A DNA stretch of 64,000 nucleotides from an uncultured Actinomycetes bacterium (GTDB lineage Bacteria; Actinomycetota; Thermoleophilia; UBA2241). The DNA lies in the NCBI GenBank assembly GCA_963709345.1, contig CAVPVX010000001.1, forward strand, positions 1 through 64,000, written 5' to 3'. The notes beneath the pieces are model-generated. The model saw only the letters and a list, made by a program, of their open reading frames with translations, was not told where the DNA came from and searched no databases. The position numbers and the translations under genes were made by a program. Position 1 is the stretch's first letter; the number at the start of each line of letters is the position of its first letter. Below, piece after piece: positions 30,250 to 40,091 of this stretch.

Positions 30250-32350
30250 TCATGCTTTCTTCGCCGGCTTGACCACGCCGAGCTGCGCGCGCTGCCGCAC
30301 CCGCTTGTCCACGTCGACGCGGCCGCGGCCGAAGGCGTCGAGCCGTCCCCAGCGGCCGGGGATGTCGAGCAACTCGAGGCGGCCGATGCCCTGCGGGCAG
30401 GGCCGGGTCGACGACGAGATGGTCACCGATCGGCTCGAGCCCGAGCATCGTGCGCAGGAACAGCAGCGGCGCGCCGGTCGACCAGGCCTGCGGGCTGCAC
30501 GACGTGGGGTACTGCACCGGGTACTTGGTCAGTTCACGCTCGTAGCCGCCGAATGCCTCCGGCAGCCGGCCGTCGAAGAACTCGGCGGCGTCGAGGATGC
30601 CGGCGGCGATACGCGCCGCCTCTTCCTTGAAGCCGTAGCGGCGCAGACCCCAGGCGATGAAGGAGTTGTCGAACGGCCAGACGGTGCCGACGTGGTAGCC
30701 GATCGGGTTGTAGCGCCCCTGGCCGCCCGGCGAGCGTGCGCACGCCCCAGCCCGAGTACATGGCCGGCGACATGAGGTGACGGGCGACGGCCTTTGCCTT
30801 CGACGCGTCGACGATGCCGCTCCAGAGCAGGTGGCCGTTGTTCGACGCCAGAGCGTTGACCTTGCTCGCCATCGGCCTCGACGGCGATGGCGTAGTACTC
30901 GCCGTCCTCGACCCAGAAGTCGCGGTTGAAGCGCCGCTTGAGCTCGGCGGCCTCCTTCTCGAGCCGGTCGGCGTAGGCCGGGTCCTTCCACACCAGGCGC
31001 GCGAGGCGCGCGCCGCGCATCTTGGCGTCGTACGCGTATCCCTGTAGCTCACAGGTCGCGCGGGGGAAGCCCGGTAGGCGTCCGTCGCGGTAGGAGATCG
31101 AGTCCCACGAGTCCTTCCAGCACTGGTTCTCGAGCCCGGTCTTCTCGTTGCGCCGCTGATAGGCGATGTAGCCGTTGCCCTGGAGGTCGGCGTAGTCGTC
31201 GATCCACGCCAGCGCCGCCCGCGCCTGCGCCCTCGAGCGCCCGCACCAGCTTGGTGTCGCCGGTCCAGCGCTCGTACTCGTCGAGCAGCACCACGTAGAG
31301 CGGCGTCGCGTCGACCGAACCGTAGTAGGGCGAGTGCGGCCGCTCCTCGAACGCGGTCATCTCGCCGAAGCGCAGCTCGTGCAGGATCCGGCCGGGGTCC
31401 TCGTCGCGGAAGTCGTCGCGGCGAGAGCCCTGCCACATGCCGAGCGCGACGAGCGTCGTCTTCGCGAGCTCCGGCGTGAACGGCAGCGCCTGCAGGCTGG
31501 TGAAGATGCTGTCGCGGCCGAACATCGTCATGAACCACGGCAGGCCGGCGGCCGGCAGATAGCTGCCCGGCAGCATGACCGGGGAGAAGCGCAGCGCCGC
31601 CAGGTCGATGAGAGTACGCCGGTACGTGTGCTTGAGCGGGTCCCAGTCGCAGTCGAGGCTCGGCGCGTCGTCGAGCCACTTCTCGAGACTGAGCTCCATG
31701 TTCGGGCGGGCCTTCTTCGCGTGACGCTCGTACTTGAGCGAACCGCTTGACAGACCCCGCACGTCCCGCCCGATCGCCACATGCAGGTCGGTCGACCACT
31801 GGTCGTGAGGCTCCACGTGGACGGCGAAGTTGAGGCCGTCCTCGTCTACTGCACACGCCTCCGTGGCCGATATCCAGGTCTCGCGCACGTAGGTCTCGCG
31901 GCGATACCCGAGCACCAGGCGCCCGTCGTCGACCCTGGTGTAGTACTCGCCCCGCTTCTCGAGCGCGTCCTTGACCTCGAAGAGGTCGGCGAAGTCGCAG
32001 GCGGCCTCGATCCGTACCTCGAGGTCGACCGCCTTCTCGTCGTGATTGAGGATCGTGAGCTCTTCGTGGAAGCCGCCGCCGACGGCGCGCTGGCGGATGA
32101 CCGACAGCTTGGCGTCGATGTAGACGGTGCCCGTCCCGGGCACGAGGAAGAAGCGCGTCTCGAAGTACTGCAGGTCGTCCACCGAGAGCGGGTTGAGGCG
32201 CTGCCCGTCGACCGTGAGGATCCACCGCGAGAGGAACCTGGTGTCGAACGAGAACAGTCCGGTCGGATCGCTCAGCGAGGCCTCGATGTCGCCGCTGTCG
32301 TCGCTGACCACGAACGTGTTGCCGTCGAGGATCTTCACGGGGCCGCTCAT
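30250..32350 (-). CDS. Amylo-alpha-1,6-glucosidase / glycogen-debranching family protein; four +1 frameshifts (about 31229, 30862, 30728, 30395)
   Basis: DTRFLS, AAGLPWFMTMFGRDS, PGRILHE, YYGSVDATPL, YHVGTVWP and PQAWS across frames; removing 4 nt gives 699 codons. Confidence 0.85.
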
Positions 32351-32730
32351 GACACGCGCTCCGCGTAGCCCGCTGCGGGCAGCCCGAGAGCGCCCGGCGA
32401 GCCGGGGAACAGACGTTGCAGCGCGGTCAGCAGGACGATCTTGCCCTGCGCCTCGAGCGCCCCGCGCAGCAGAGCAGCCATGGCGTTCGCCTTGCCGCTC
32501 AGGACCGCGTCGAACGTGGTCGCGTCTCCCGTGAGAATGCAGTCGGGCTTGTCGCCCTGGCGTGCGACGGTCACGACGCCCTTCGCGCTGGTCAGGTACC
32601 ACTCGTCGACACGATCGCCGTCCCTGACGTCGAAGCGCACCACGCCGCTGAACGCTGCGAGCGGCCGCTCCACGGACCGCTCCGCGACAGCGTCGAGCAG
32701 GCTCTGATCGAGTCTTGCCATTGTCTCCAT
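32347..32730 (-). CDS. SCP2 sterol/lipid-binding domain protein
   Basis: KPDCILT..F..VLSGKANAMAALLRGAL..QG pattern. Confidence 0.8.
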   Translation of the reverse strand: METMARLDQSLLDAVAERSVERPLAAFSGVVRFDVRDGDRVDEWYLTSAKGVVTVARQGDKPDCILTGDATTFDAVLSGKANAMAALLRGALEAQGKIVLLTALQRLFPGSPGALGLPAAGYAERVS

Positions 32731-32736
32731 CTCCTT

Positions 32737-33504
32737 CTACAGACCCTTGTTCCAGCGGGACATGCCGCCGTCGATGTAGTAGGTGCTGCCGGTGACGTAC
32801 CCTGCCTCGTCCGAGGCGAGGAAGACGGCGACGGACGCGACTTCGTCGGGCTCGCCGAGCCGGGCGGCGGGAATCACATCCTGCAGGGCGTGCAGCAGCT
32901 CGCCGTCGCCGAGGGTGCGCTTGTTGATCGGCGTGGCGATCGCGCCCGGGGCGATGTCGTTGACGGTAATGCCGTGCGGAGCCAGCTCCTGGCACACGGT
33001 GCGCGTGAACATGCGCATGCCGCCCTTGGACGTCGTGTAGGTCGTGTACTCGAGGAAGGCGACGTCCTCGTGGATCGAGGACACGTTGACGATGCGGCCG
33101 CCGTCGCCGGCGGCGATCATTAGCTTCGCAGCGGCCTGTGCGGCGAAGAACGCGCCTTTGAGGTTGACGCCGAGGACGAGGTCGTAGTGCTGTTCGCTGA
33201 CGTCAACGAACGGCTCGCGGACCTCGACGCCGGCGTTGTTCACAAGGACGTCGAGACGGCCGAGGGCGGCGTGCGCGTCGCGCACCAGGCCCTCGGCTTC
33301 CGCGGCGACGCCGACGTTCGCGCCCAGCGCGACCGACTTCCTGCCCAGGGCCTCGATCTGCGCGACCACCTCATGCGCGCTGTCGGCCTCTCTGTGGTAG
33401 TGCACCGCCACGTCGGCGCCCTCGCGGGCGAAGCGCAAGGCGATCGCCTCGCCGATGCCGCTCGAACTGCCGGTCACGAGTGCTGCTTTGCCTTCGAGTC
33501 TCAT
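32737..33504 (-). CDS. SDR oxidoreductase, glucose 1-dehydrogenase-like
   Basis: TGSSSGIG, NNAG, SSIHE, YTTSKGG, PGAIATPIN. Confidence 0.88.
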   Translation of the reverse strand: MRLEGKAALVTGSSSGIGEAIALRFAREGADVAVHYHREADSAHEVVAQIEALGRKSVALGANVGVAAEAEGLVRDAHAALGRLDVLVNNAGVEVREPFVDVSEQHYDLVLGVNLKGAFFAAQAAAKLMIAAGDGGRIVNVSSIHEDVAFLEYTTYTTSKGGMRMFTRTVCQELAPHGITVNDIAPGAIATPINKRTLGDGELLHALQDVIPAARLGEPDEVASVAVFLASDEAGYVTGSTYYIDGGMSRWNKGL

Positions 33505-33525
33505 CGTCGTTCCGCCTTTCGGTGT

Positions 33526-34407
33526 TCACCCGGCGAACGCGTCGGTCGGTAGGCCGGCCACACCGACATCGAGGCGCAGCAGCGCCCCGGCCAGAGGCTG
33601 CCGGGCCACCTCGGAGTCGCTCAGCCCATCGCGGCGCGTGGTCACGTACAGGTCGCGCAGCTCTGGTCCGCCGAAGCAGCAGCTCGTGACCCTGGCTACG
33701 GGCAATCGCACTTCGGCGAGGAGCTCGCCGTCGGACGAGTACCGGTTGAGGCCCCAGCCGCCATGAAGCGCGACCCAGACGCAGCCCTCGACGTCGACGG
33801 TCATGCCGTCCGGGACGGCCCCATCGACCTCGACGGCGGCCAGCGGCCGCCGGTTCTCGAGCGTACCCGTCGCGAGGTCGCAGTCGAAGACGTCGACGCG
33901 CCGCGTCGGGCTGTCGATGAAGTAGAAGCTCCGCCCCGACGGGCTCCAGCCGAGGCCGTTCGAGATCGTGGTCCCCGTGAGCACCGTCGTCACGCTGTAG
34001 TCCGGGTCGACGCGATAGAGCGCCGCCACAGGCGAGCGCTCGTCGAGCGCCATCGTGCCGACCCACAGCCGCCCGGCCGCGTCGCAGGCGCCGTCGTTGG
34101 TGCGCGTGTCGGCCCTCTCGGACTCGATGGCCACGAGACCGATCGAGTGCTCTCCGTTGAGGAAGTGCAGCCCGTCGGGGAGGCCGACGACCACGCCTCC
34201 GCGTCGTCGCGGCAGGGCGAGGCTGACGACGTCGGAGACCTCCCGCACGGCGTCTTCACCGCTTGCGGGGTCGTACCGATGCAGGCGCCTTGCGGGGATG
34301 TCGACCCACAGGAGGGTGTTGGAAGCACTGTCCCAGCGCGGACCCTCGCCGAGCCCGGCGGTGGGCAGCACGGCGATCTCGAAATCGGTGAAACGGGGCA
34401 CGCTCAT
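33526..34407 (-). CDS. SMP-30/gluconolactonase family protein
   Basis: LGEGPRW, RTNDG, SNGLGWS, PDGMTVD, TSCCFGG. Confidence 0.92.
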   Translation of the reverse strand: MSVPRFTDFEIAVLPTAGLGEGPRWDSASNTLLWVDIPARRLHRYDPASGEDAVREVSDVVSLALPRRRGGVVVGLPDGLHFLNGEHSIGLVAIESERADTRTNDGACDAAGRLWVGTMALDERSPVAALYRVDPDYSVTTVLTGTTISNGLGWSPSGRSFYFIDSPTRRVDVFDCDLATGTLENRRPLAAVEVDGAVPDGMTVDVEGCVWVALHGGWGLNRYSSDGELLAEVRLPVARVTSCCFGGPELRDLYVTTRRDGLSDSEVARQPLAGALLRLDVGVAGLPTDAFAG

Positions 34408-34447
34408 ACTCGCCACCTCCAGCCGCCCGGCCGGGTCACGCCCGGGC

Positions 34448-34828
34448 TCACGTCGAGCCCCCGCGAACACGCTCGACTGCGCTCAGCAGGTCGGTCGCGA
34501 TGTCTCGCTTGAGCACGAAGGCGTCGGCGCCGGCCGCGATGGCCGCCCGGCGCACACTCTGCTCGTCGTGGACGCTGACGACGATCACTTTGAGCTCGGG
34601 GCAGCGGCGACGAAGCTCCCGAAGCCAATCCAAGCCGCTCTCCTGGGCCAGAGACAGATCCACGACGGCCACTTCGGGCCGAACCCGGCAGGCTCCCTCG
34701 AGGAGCGACGCCTCATCAGCCACCATGACCACGGTCCCAAACGCCGTCTCGAGCAACCCACGCACGCCCTCCGTGAGGCCGTGATGGCGGTCCGCCAGCA
34801 GCACGCAGCCCGGAGGTGTCTCGTGCAT
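34448..34828 (-). CDS. Stand-alone response-regulator receiver domain
   Basis: VLLADRH, VVDLSL, VVSVH, FVLK; no output domain. Confidence 0.88.
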   Translation of the reverse strand: MHETPPGCVLLADRHHGLTEGVRGLLETAFGTVVMVADEASLLEGACRVRPEVAVVDLSLAQESGLDWLRELRRRCPELKVIVVSVHDEQSVRRAAIAAGADAFVLKRDIATDLLSAVERVRGGST

Positions 34829-34890
34829 CGATGCCCAGCTTTCTCCGCGACCGTGAACGCGGCGCTACCTGTCCGTGGGAGGTCCATCGC

Positions 34891-34959
34891 AGACTAGCCG
34901 GGATCGGCAGGGCTGTGACCTCGGGAAAGTACGGGGCTCGTCGCTGGGGAACTACGGGG
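34891..34959 (-). promoter_or_regulatory. Conserved promoter cassette, copy 4
   Basis: Reverse complement reads CCCCGTAGTTCCCCAG-N7-CCCCGTACTTTCCCGAG-GTCACA-N17-TAGTCT. Confidence 0.85.
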
Positions 34960-35027
34960 TCTCCGGGCGGGAGGCGGAAGGCCGGCCACTACTGCCCCGC
35001 AGCCCGCCAATGGTGTACCTTGGTCTC

Positions 35028-37028
35028 GTGAGCAGCACCGGTGAGATACCACGCTCGGCGCAGCACGAGACCGGCCGCCTCGAGTTCGAGACGCTGATCT
35101 CCGACCTCTCCTCCCGGTTCATCAATCTCCCCCCCGAAGACGTGCACGGGGAGATCGAAGACACGCAGCGCCGCGTGTGCGAGGTCCTCGGCATCGATCT
35201 CTCGGCGCTCTGGGAAGGGCCGGCCGCGGGCGGAGGCCCCCTCACGCTCACCCACTTCTACAGCTCGCAAGAGGGACTGCTGCCGCCCATGCGAGGGATG
35301 AGCGCCGCGGAGTACTTCCCCTGGCTCCAGCAGGAGATGCTGGCCGGCCGCACCGTGGCGGCCGCCGCCCTCGACGAGCTTCCGGAACCCGCCACCCTCG
35401 ACCGCGACAATCTGCGCCTGTTCGGAGTCAAATCGAATCTGACCATCCCGCTCACCGTTGGAGGGACGTCGCCGATCGGCGCCTTGGGCTTCAATACCAC
35501 GCGAGCGGAGCGCGACTGGCCCGCGACACTGGTGAAGCGGCTGCAGCTGGTCGCCCAGGTCTTCGCCAATGCGCTGGCGCGAAAGCGCACCGACGAACTG
35601 CTGCGGGAGAGCGAAGCGCGTCTCGCGATGGCGGCGGACGCCGCCGAGGCGGGGCTGTGGAGCCTGGACTACCGCACCGGGGTCTTCTGGGTCACAGACA
35701 GGACTCGGGCGATCTTCGGCTTCTCGCCGGACGAGGTCGTCACCATGGAACGGTTCGAGGCTACCGTGCATCCCGACGAGCTCGATCTTGTCCGGAGGAC
35801 CATCGAGCGGTCCGTGCAGGCGACCGACGAACCCGCGTACGCCGAGTACCGGATCCTGTCGAGCGACGGCGCCGCCCGCTGGGTGGCGTCGCGCGGGCGA
35901 CCGCGATCCACGTCCGGCGGCCCGCCGGACCGCCTGATGGGAGTGACCGTCGACATCAGCGAGCGCAGACGCGCTCAGGAGGAGCTGCGCGCGAGCGAGG
36001 CCCGTCTCGCGGCGGGAGTCGAGCTCGCCGGCCTCGGGTTCTACGAGCTGGACTACGGCGCCGGCGTCGCCTGGGCCGACGACCGGTTCCGTGACATCAT
36101 CGGCGCCCCTCCCGACGACGGCAGCGATCTCCGGATCCTGGAGTTCTGGACGGAGCACCTGCATCCCGACGACCGGCAGATCCTGCTCAGCGCACGCGAG
36201 AAGCTGCACGACGGGAGGCTGGACCTGCTCTCCGTCGAGTACCGCTTCCTCCACCCGACCCGTGGGCAGAGGTGGATCCGGCACCTCGCCCGCGTCGCCA
36301 CGCGCGACGCCGACGGACTCAGGATCAAGGTGTACGGGGTCCTCCGCGACATGACGTCACGCAAACAGGTCGAGGAAGACCTGCACGAGCTGAGCCGGCG
36401 CCTGATCGGGGCTCACGAGGAGGAGCGGGCGATGCTCGCGCGTGAGCTGCACGACGACGTGACGCAGCGGCTCGCCGTGCTGGCGATCGACGTCGGCCGC
36501 GCCGAGCTCGCGGCGCCGGATCCGGCGCAGGCCGAGGCGATGCAAGCGGTCCGCGCGGGGCTCGTGCGCCTCAGCGAGGACATCCATTCCCTGGCCTACC
36601 AGCTGCACCCCTCGGTCCTCGAGGAGCTCGGCCTCGCCGAGGCGCTGCGGGCGGAGTGCGAACGGCGGGAGCGCCAGGGTCGGCTCGACCTCGCGCTGAA
36701 CGTCGAACCGCTGCCTGCCGGTTTGGGGACGGACGCGGCGCTCTGCCTGTTCCGCGTCGCGCAGGAGGCGCTGAACAACGTGGCCCGCCACGCCGGCGTG
36801 CGCACCGCGAGCGTCACGCTGCGGCCGATGGACGGCGGGTTGCTCCTCGCCGTCTCCGACGCCGGCGCCGGCTTCGATCCGACGAGTCCCAAGGAGGGGA
36901 TGCACCTCGGACTCGCGAGCATGCGCGAGCGCGTGCGACTCGTGCACGGCACGCTCGACATCGAGAGCGCGCCCGGCCAGGGCACGACTGTCCTCGCCTG
37001 GGTGCCCACCGAAGAAGCGTCGCGATGA
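35028..37028 (+). CDS. Cytoplasmic GAF-PAS-PAS histidine kinase (HisKA_3 type)
   Basis: Two PAS/PAC domains (VHPDE, LHPDD); EERAMLARELHD, QEALNNVARHA, DAGAGFD, GLASMRER; no TM segment. Confidence 0.92.
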   Translation: MSSTGEIPRSAQHETGRLEFETLISDLSSRFINLPPEDVHGEIEDTQRRVCEVLGIDLSALWEGPAAGGGPLTLTHFYSSQEGLLPPMRGMSAAEYFPWLQQEMLAGRTVAAAALDELPEPATLDRDNLRLFGVKSNLTIPLTVGGTSPIGALGFNTTRAERDWPATLVKRLQLVAQVFANALARKRTDELLRESEARLAMAADAAEAGLWSLDYRTGVFWVTDRTRAIFGFSPDEVVTMERFEATVHPDELDLVRRTIERSVQATDEPAYAEYRILSSDGAARWVASRGRPRSTSGGPPDRLMGVTVDISERRRAQEELRASEARLAAGVELAGLGFYELDYGAGVAWADDRFRDIIGAPPDDGSDLRILEFWTEHLHPDDRQILLSAREKLHDGRLDLLSVEYRFLHPTRGQRWIRHLARVATRDADGLRIKVYGVLRDMTSRKQVEEDLHELSRRLIGAHEEERAMLARELHDDVTQRLAVLAIDVGRAELAAPDPAQAEAMQAVRAGLVRLSEDIHSLAYQLHPSVLEELGLAEALRAECERRERQGRLDLALNVEPLPAGLGTDAALCLFRVAQEALNNVARHAGVRTASVTLRPMDGGLLLAVSDAGAGFDPTSPKEGMHLGLASMRERVRLVHGTLDIESAPGQGTTVLAWVPTEEASR

Positions 37029-37676
37029 GGCCGCTGCGCCCTCCGCGGGTCCTGCTCGCCGACGACCATCTGATGGTCGCCGAGGCGCTCAAGAGCCTGC
37101 TCAGCTCCGAAGTTCGACCTGGTCGGCGTCGTCGAAGACGGGCGCGCGCTGGTCGAGGCGGCCGGGCGGCTGCACCCGGACGTCATCGTCGCCGACATCA
37201 CCATGCCCCACCTCAACGGCATCGACGCCTTGATCCGACTGAGGCAGAGCGGCGACCAGGTGCCGTTCGTGTTTCTCACGATGCACCGGGATGCGACCTT
37301 TGCCCGGCGCGCGCTGGAAGCGGGGGCTTCGGGCTTCGTACTCAAGCACTCGGCGACCGTCGAGCTGATCACCGCGCTTGACGCCGCGCTCGACGGCAAG
37401 ACGTACCTCACGCCGCAGCTCGCGGGGGAGGTCCTCGAGGCCATGCGACGGGGACCGGAGCGGCTCGAGGATCCGATCAACGCCCTCACGCCGCGGCAGC
37501 GGGAAGTCCTGCAACTCCTGGCGGAGGGGCGCTCGGCCAAGGAGATCGCCACGAGCCTCTCGATCTCCGCGCGCACGGTCGAATTCCACAAGTACCAGAT
37601 GATGGAGACGCTGGACCTGCACACCAACGCCGACCTGATCCACTTCGCCATCAAGCACGGCCTCGTCGAGCTCTGA
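37025..37676 (+). CDS. NarL/LuxR family response regulator; +1 frameshift near 37110
   Basis: VLLADDH in the first frame, then DITMP, FLTMH, FVLK and LTPRQREVLQLLAEG..KEIA..TVEFHK; ATGA overlap with the kinase. Confidence 0.9.
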
Positions 37677-37939
37677 TCGGCCGGCGCGCGGCAGGCCGGC
37701 CCGTGTCGGCGAGAACGTCCGCTGTCGCTTGCTCGCCCGAGGGTTTGAAGATGCCCGAGGCCCGGATGCGCCCGACGGCAATGACTGCGGTGGCGGTGAG
37801 CGGGGCTGGAATGCCGCCGCCGATCGGCGTCGCCGCCCTGCGCTGGACCTTCACGACGCCGGCGTCACCCCAGCCAGGTACGGTGCTCTCGTCCTCCCGA
37901 GCGCGGGGTCGCGCAGTCCAGGTCGCACCGGCTCGCAGC

Positions 37940-39243
37940 TCAACCCGGTCGCTCGCTCTTGCGCAGCCGCTCGACGTCCGCGGCCCCGAGCTGGCGCCGC
38001 CGACGCGGCATCGTCGCCGGCGCCGCTTCTGCCGCTGCCGGATGGACCTTCGCGTGGCTCTCGTACCAACGGTGGTAGGCACTCACCAGGGGCGCCGAGG
38101 TGAGGCCGTGGAGCAGGACGCTCAGGGCCACAGTGAGGACCACGGTGGTGAGCAGCGTCTGCTCCTCGGGCACGCCTCGCTCGAGCACGAGCAGGGCGAA
38201 CACCACGGAGGCGAGGCCCCGTGGGCCGAACCAGCCGATGAACGCCACAGTCGGACGTCGCATGCCTTGGCCGGCCAGGGCGATCGCCACCGGGATCATG
38301 CGCACCAGCGTGAGGCTGAGCGTCGCGTACAGCACGACCTGCCAGGTGACGTGCGGGATGGCCCAGGCGAGGGCGAAGGCGCCGAAGCCGATCCAGGTGA
38401 CGGCGGCGAGCAAGCCGCCGGTCTCCTCCGTGAGCAGCGTCACGGCCGAGCCCTGCTGGCCGCAGAAGCGGCCGAAGGCGAGGCCCCCGACGAAGGCGGC
38501 GATGAAGCCGCTGCCGCCGAGCGTCAGGGCCAAGGCATAGGCGAGCAAGGCGGCGGCCAGCACGACGATCTGCCGCCACTCGCCGCCGATCCAGCCCCGG
38601 CGGGCGGCGACACGGAGAAGCAGTGCCCCGAAGAGGCCGGCGGCCAAGCCGGCGGCGAGCCCCAACCGATCTGCTCGGCGGCGTTCGTGACCACCGCCCA
38701 GGTGACCCCTGTCGTCAGTTCGGCGTTGGCGAGGTAGAGAGCCACCAGGAAGAACGGCACGGCGAGGCCGTCGTTGAGGCCGCTCTCCACGTCGAGCGCC
38801 TGCCGCACGCGATCGGGCACCGACGGGTCGGTGACGACCTTCTGGCCGAGGGCAGCGTCGGTCGACGAGAGCATGATCGCGAGCAGGAAGACGGAGGCGA
38901 GCGCCATGCCGGGGAAGATGAGCACGCCGACGCCGGCCCCGGCCAGCATCGTCAGGGGCAGGCCGATGAGCAAGAGGCGGCTCGGCCAGCCGAGCTCGTG
39001 GCGCAGGGCGCGCAAGTCGAGGCGCGCGGCGTCGCTGAAGAGCAGCAGCACGAGGGCGATCTCGGTGACGCGCTGCGCCACCTCGCTCTCGACGGAGACT
39101 CCGAGCAGGCCGAGCACCTTCGGCCCAGCCAGGAAGCCGGCGACCACGAAGACGATCGCCGAGGTGACCCCGCGACGGTCCAGCGGCGCAGAGAACGCGC
39201 CCCAGACGATGATGACGACGGCGATGGTCGCGAGGCCCACCAT
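37940..39243 (-). CDS. NhaP-type cation:proton antiporter; -1 frameshift near 38663
   Basis: LFSDA, STDAALG, VESGLNDG, GWFGPRGLAS. Confidence 0.88.
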
Positions 39244-39247
39244 GTTC

Positions 39248-39536
39248 CTATCCCTTCTCGTGTCCCACGGCCGCGAACGGGCCGAGCAGCGCATCCTTCT
39301 GCGAACCGGCGGCGGCGACCTCTATCGTTTGACCGTCGGTCGAGAGGACCGCCACGATGGGATCATCGAGGCGCCGCAGCGCGTGAGCTTCCTCGGCGGT
39401 GAGCTCACGCAGCGCCGCGGACCGCACCCGGTCGAGGGACTCGTTCCAGCTGGACGGGCTGTCGGCGGAGCCCGCGGCCTAGCTTGCGTATCGGTCTGGC
39501 GTCCACGTAGGCCGAACCGCTGCGCCCGTCGTTCAC
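39248..39536 (-). CDS. Hypothetical protein (one +1 frameshift near 39478)
   Basis: Strong RBS GGAGGAAGG before GTG; MNDGRSGSAYVDARPIRKL/AAGSADSPSSWNESLDRVRSAALRELTAEE..GHEKG; stop 4 nt before the antiporter ATG. Confidence 0.5.
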
Positions 39537-39869
39537 GCTGCCTTCCTCCTCACGTGGACACGAAGTCCCCGCACCGGTGGTCCTGCCCTGAGGTGCGTCG
39601 TGGCGGGCAGATGGCCGAGCGCGGTCACGCCCTTGAGCGCCAAGTCGCCGGCGCCGGCGACCGTCCCGACGGATCCGTGGCGGTGTCGCAGGCCGGGCAC
39701 TCCTCCAGAGTGCTCTCGCCGAGACGCACACGGAGCGTTTTCACGCCGAGCAAGATGGCCGCGCCGCAGCGCTCCCAGGCGCGCCACCCCCAGCGCCCTT
39801 CAAGCATCTCGCTCTCTCGCCCGTCTCTGCCGCCGCGTGTCGCCACGATCCCCCCCGTCCGGTGCCTGG

Positions 39870-39938
39870 AGACTAGTCGGGATGTGGGGCGGTGTGACCT
39901 CGGAAAAGTGCGGGGCGTCTGGCTGAGAAACTACGAGG
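39870..39938 (-). promoter_or_regulatory. Conserved promoter cassette, copy 5
   Basis: Reverse complement reads CCTCGTAGTTTCTCAG-N7-CCCCGCACTTTTCCGAG-GTCACA-N17-TAGTCT. Confidence 0.8.
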
Positions 39939-39981
39939 TCGAGGGCGGCGACGCGGGCACGCCCCAGCTTACCCGGGGACC

Positions 39982-40050
39982 CCTCGTAGTTCCCGAGCCG
40001 CTCCCCTCGTAGTTTCCCGAGGTCACAACCCTCCTGATCCCGGCTAGCCT
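39982..40050 (+). promoter_or_regulatory. Conserved promoter cassette, copy 6
   Basis: CCTCGTAGTTCCCGAG-N7-CCTCGTAGTTTCCCGAG-GTCACA-N17-TAGCCT. Confidence 0.85.
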
Positions 40051-40091
40051 CCACCGTGACGCACACCGTGGAGTCACGCAAAGGAGGGCAC

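Noticed and set aside
39550-39807. Possible TGA (selenocysteine) readthrough at 39625-39627
   Set aside because: No redox motif around the TGA, no convincing SECIS-like hairpin and no sel genes in the window; an indel is a simpler explanation.
1060-40050. The repeated 69-bp element as a CRISPR repeat, MITE or REP
   Set aside because: Copies are dispersed, lack terminal inverted repeats and target duplications, always face a gene start and keep -35/N17/-10 spacing; no cas genes are present.
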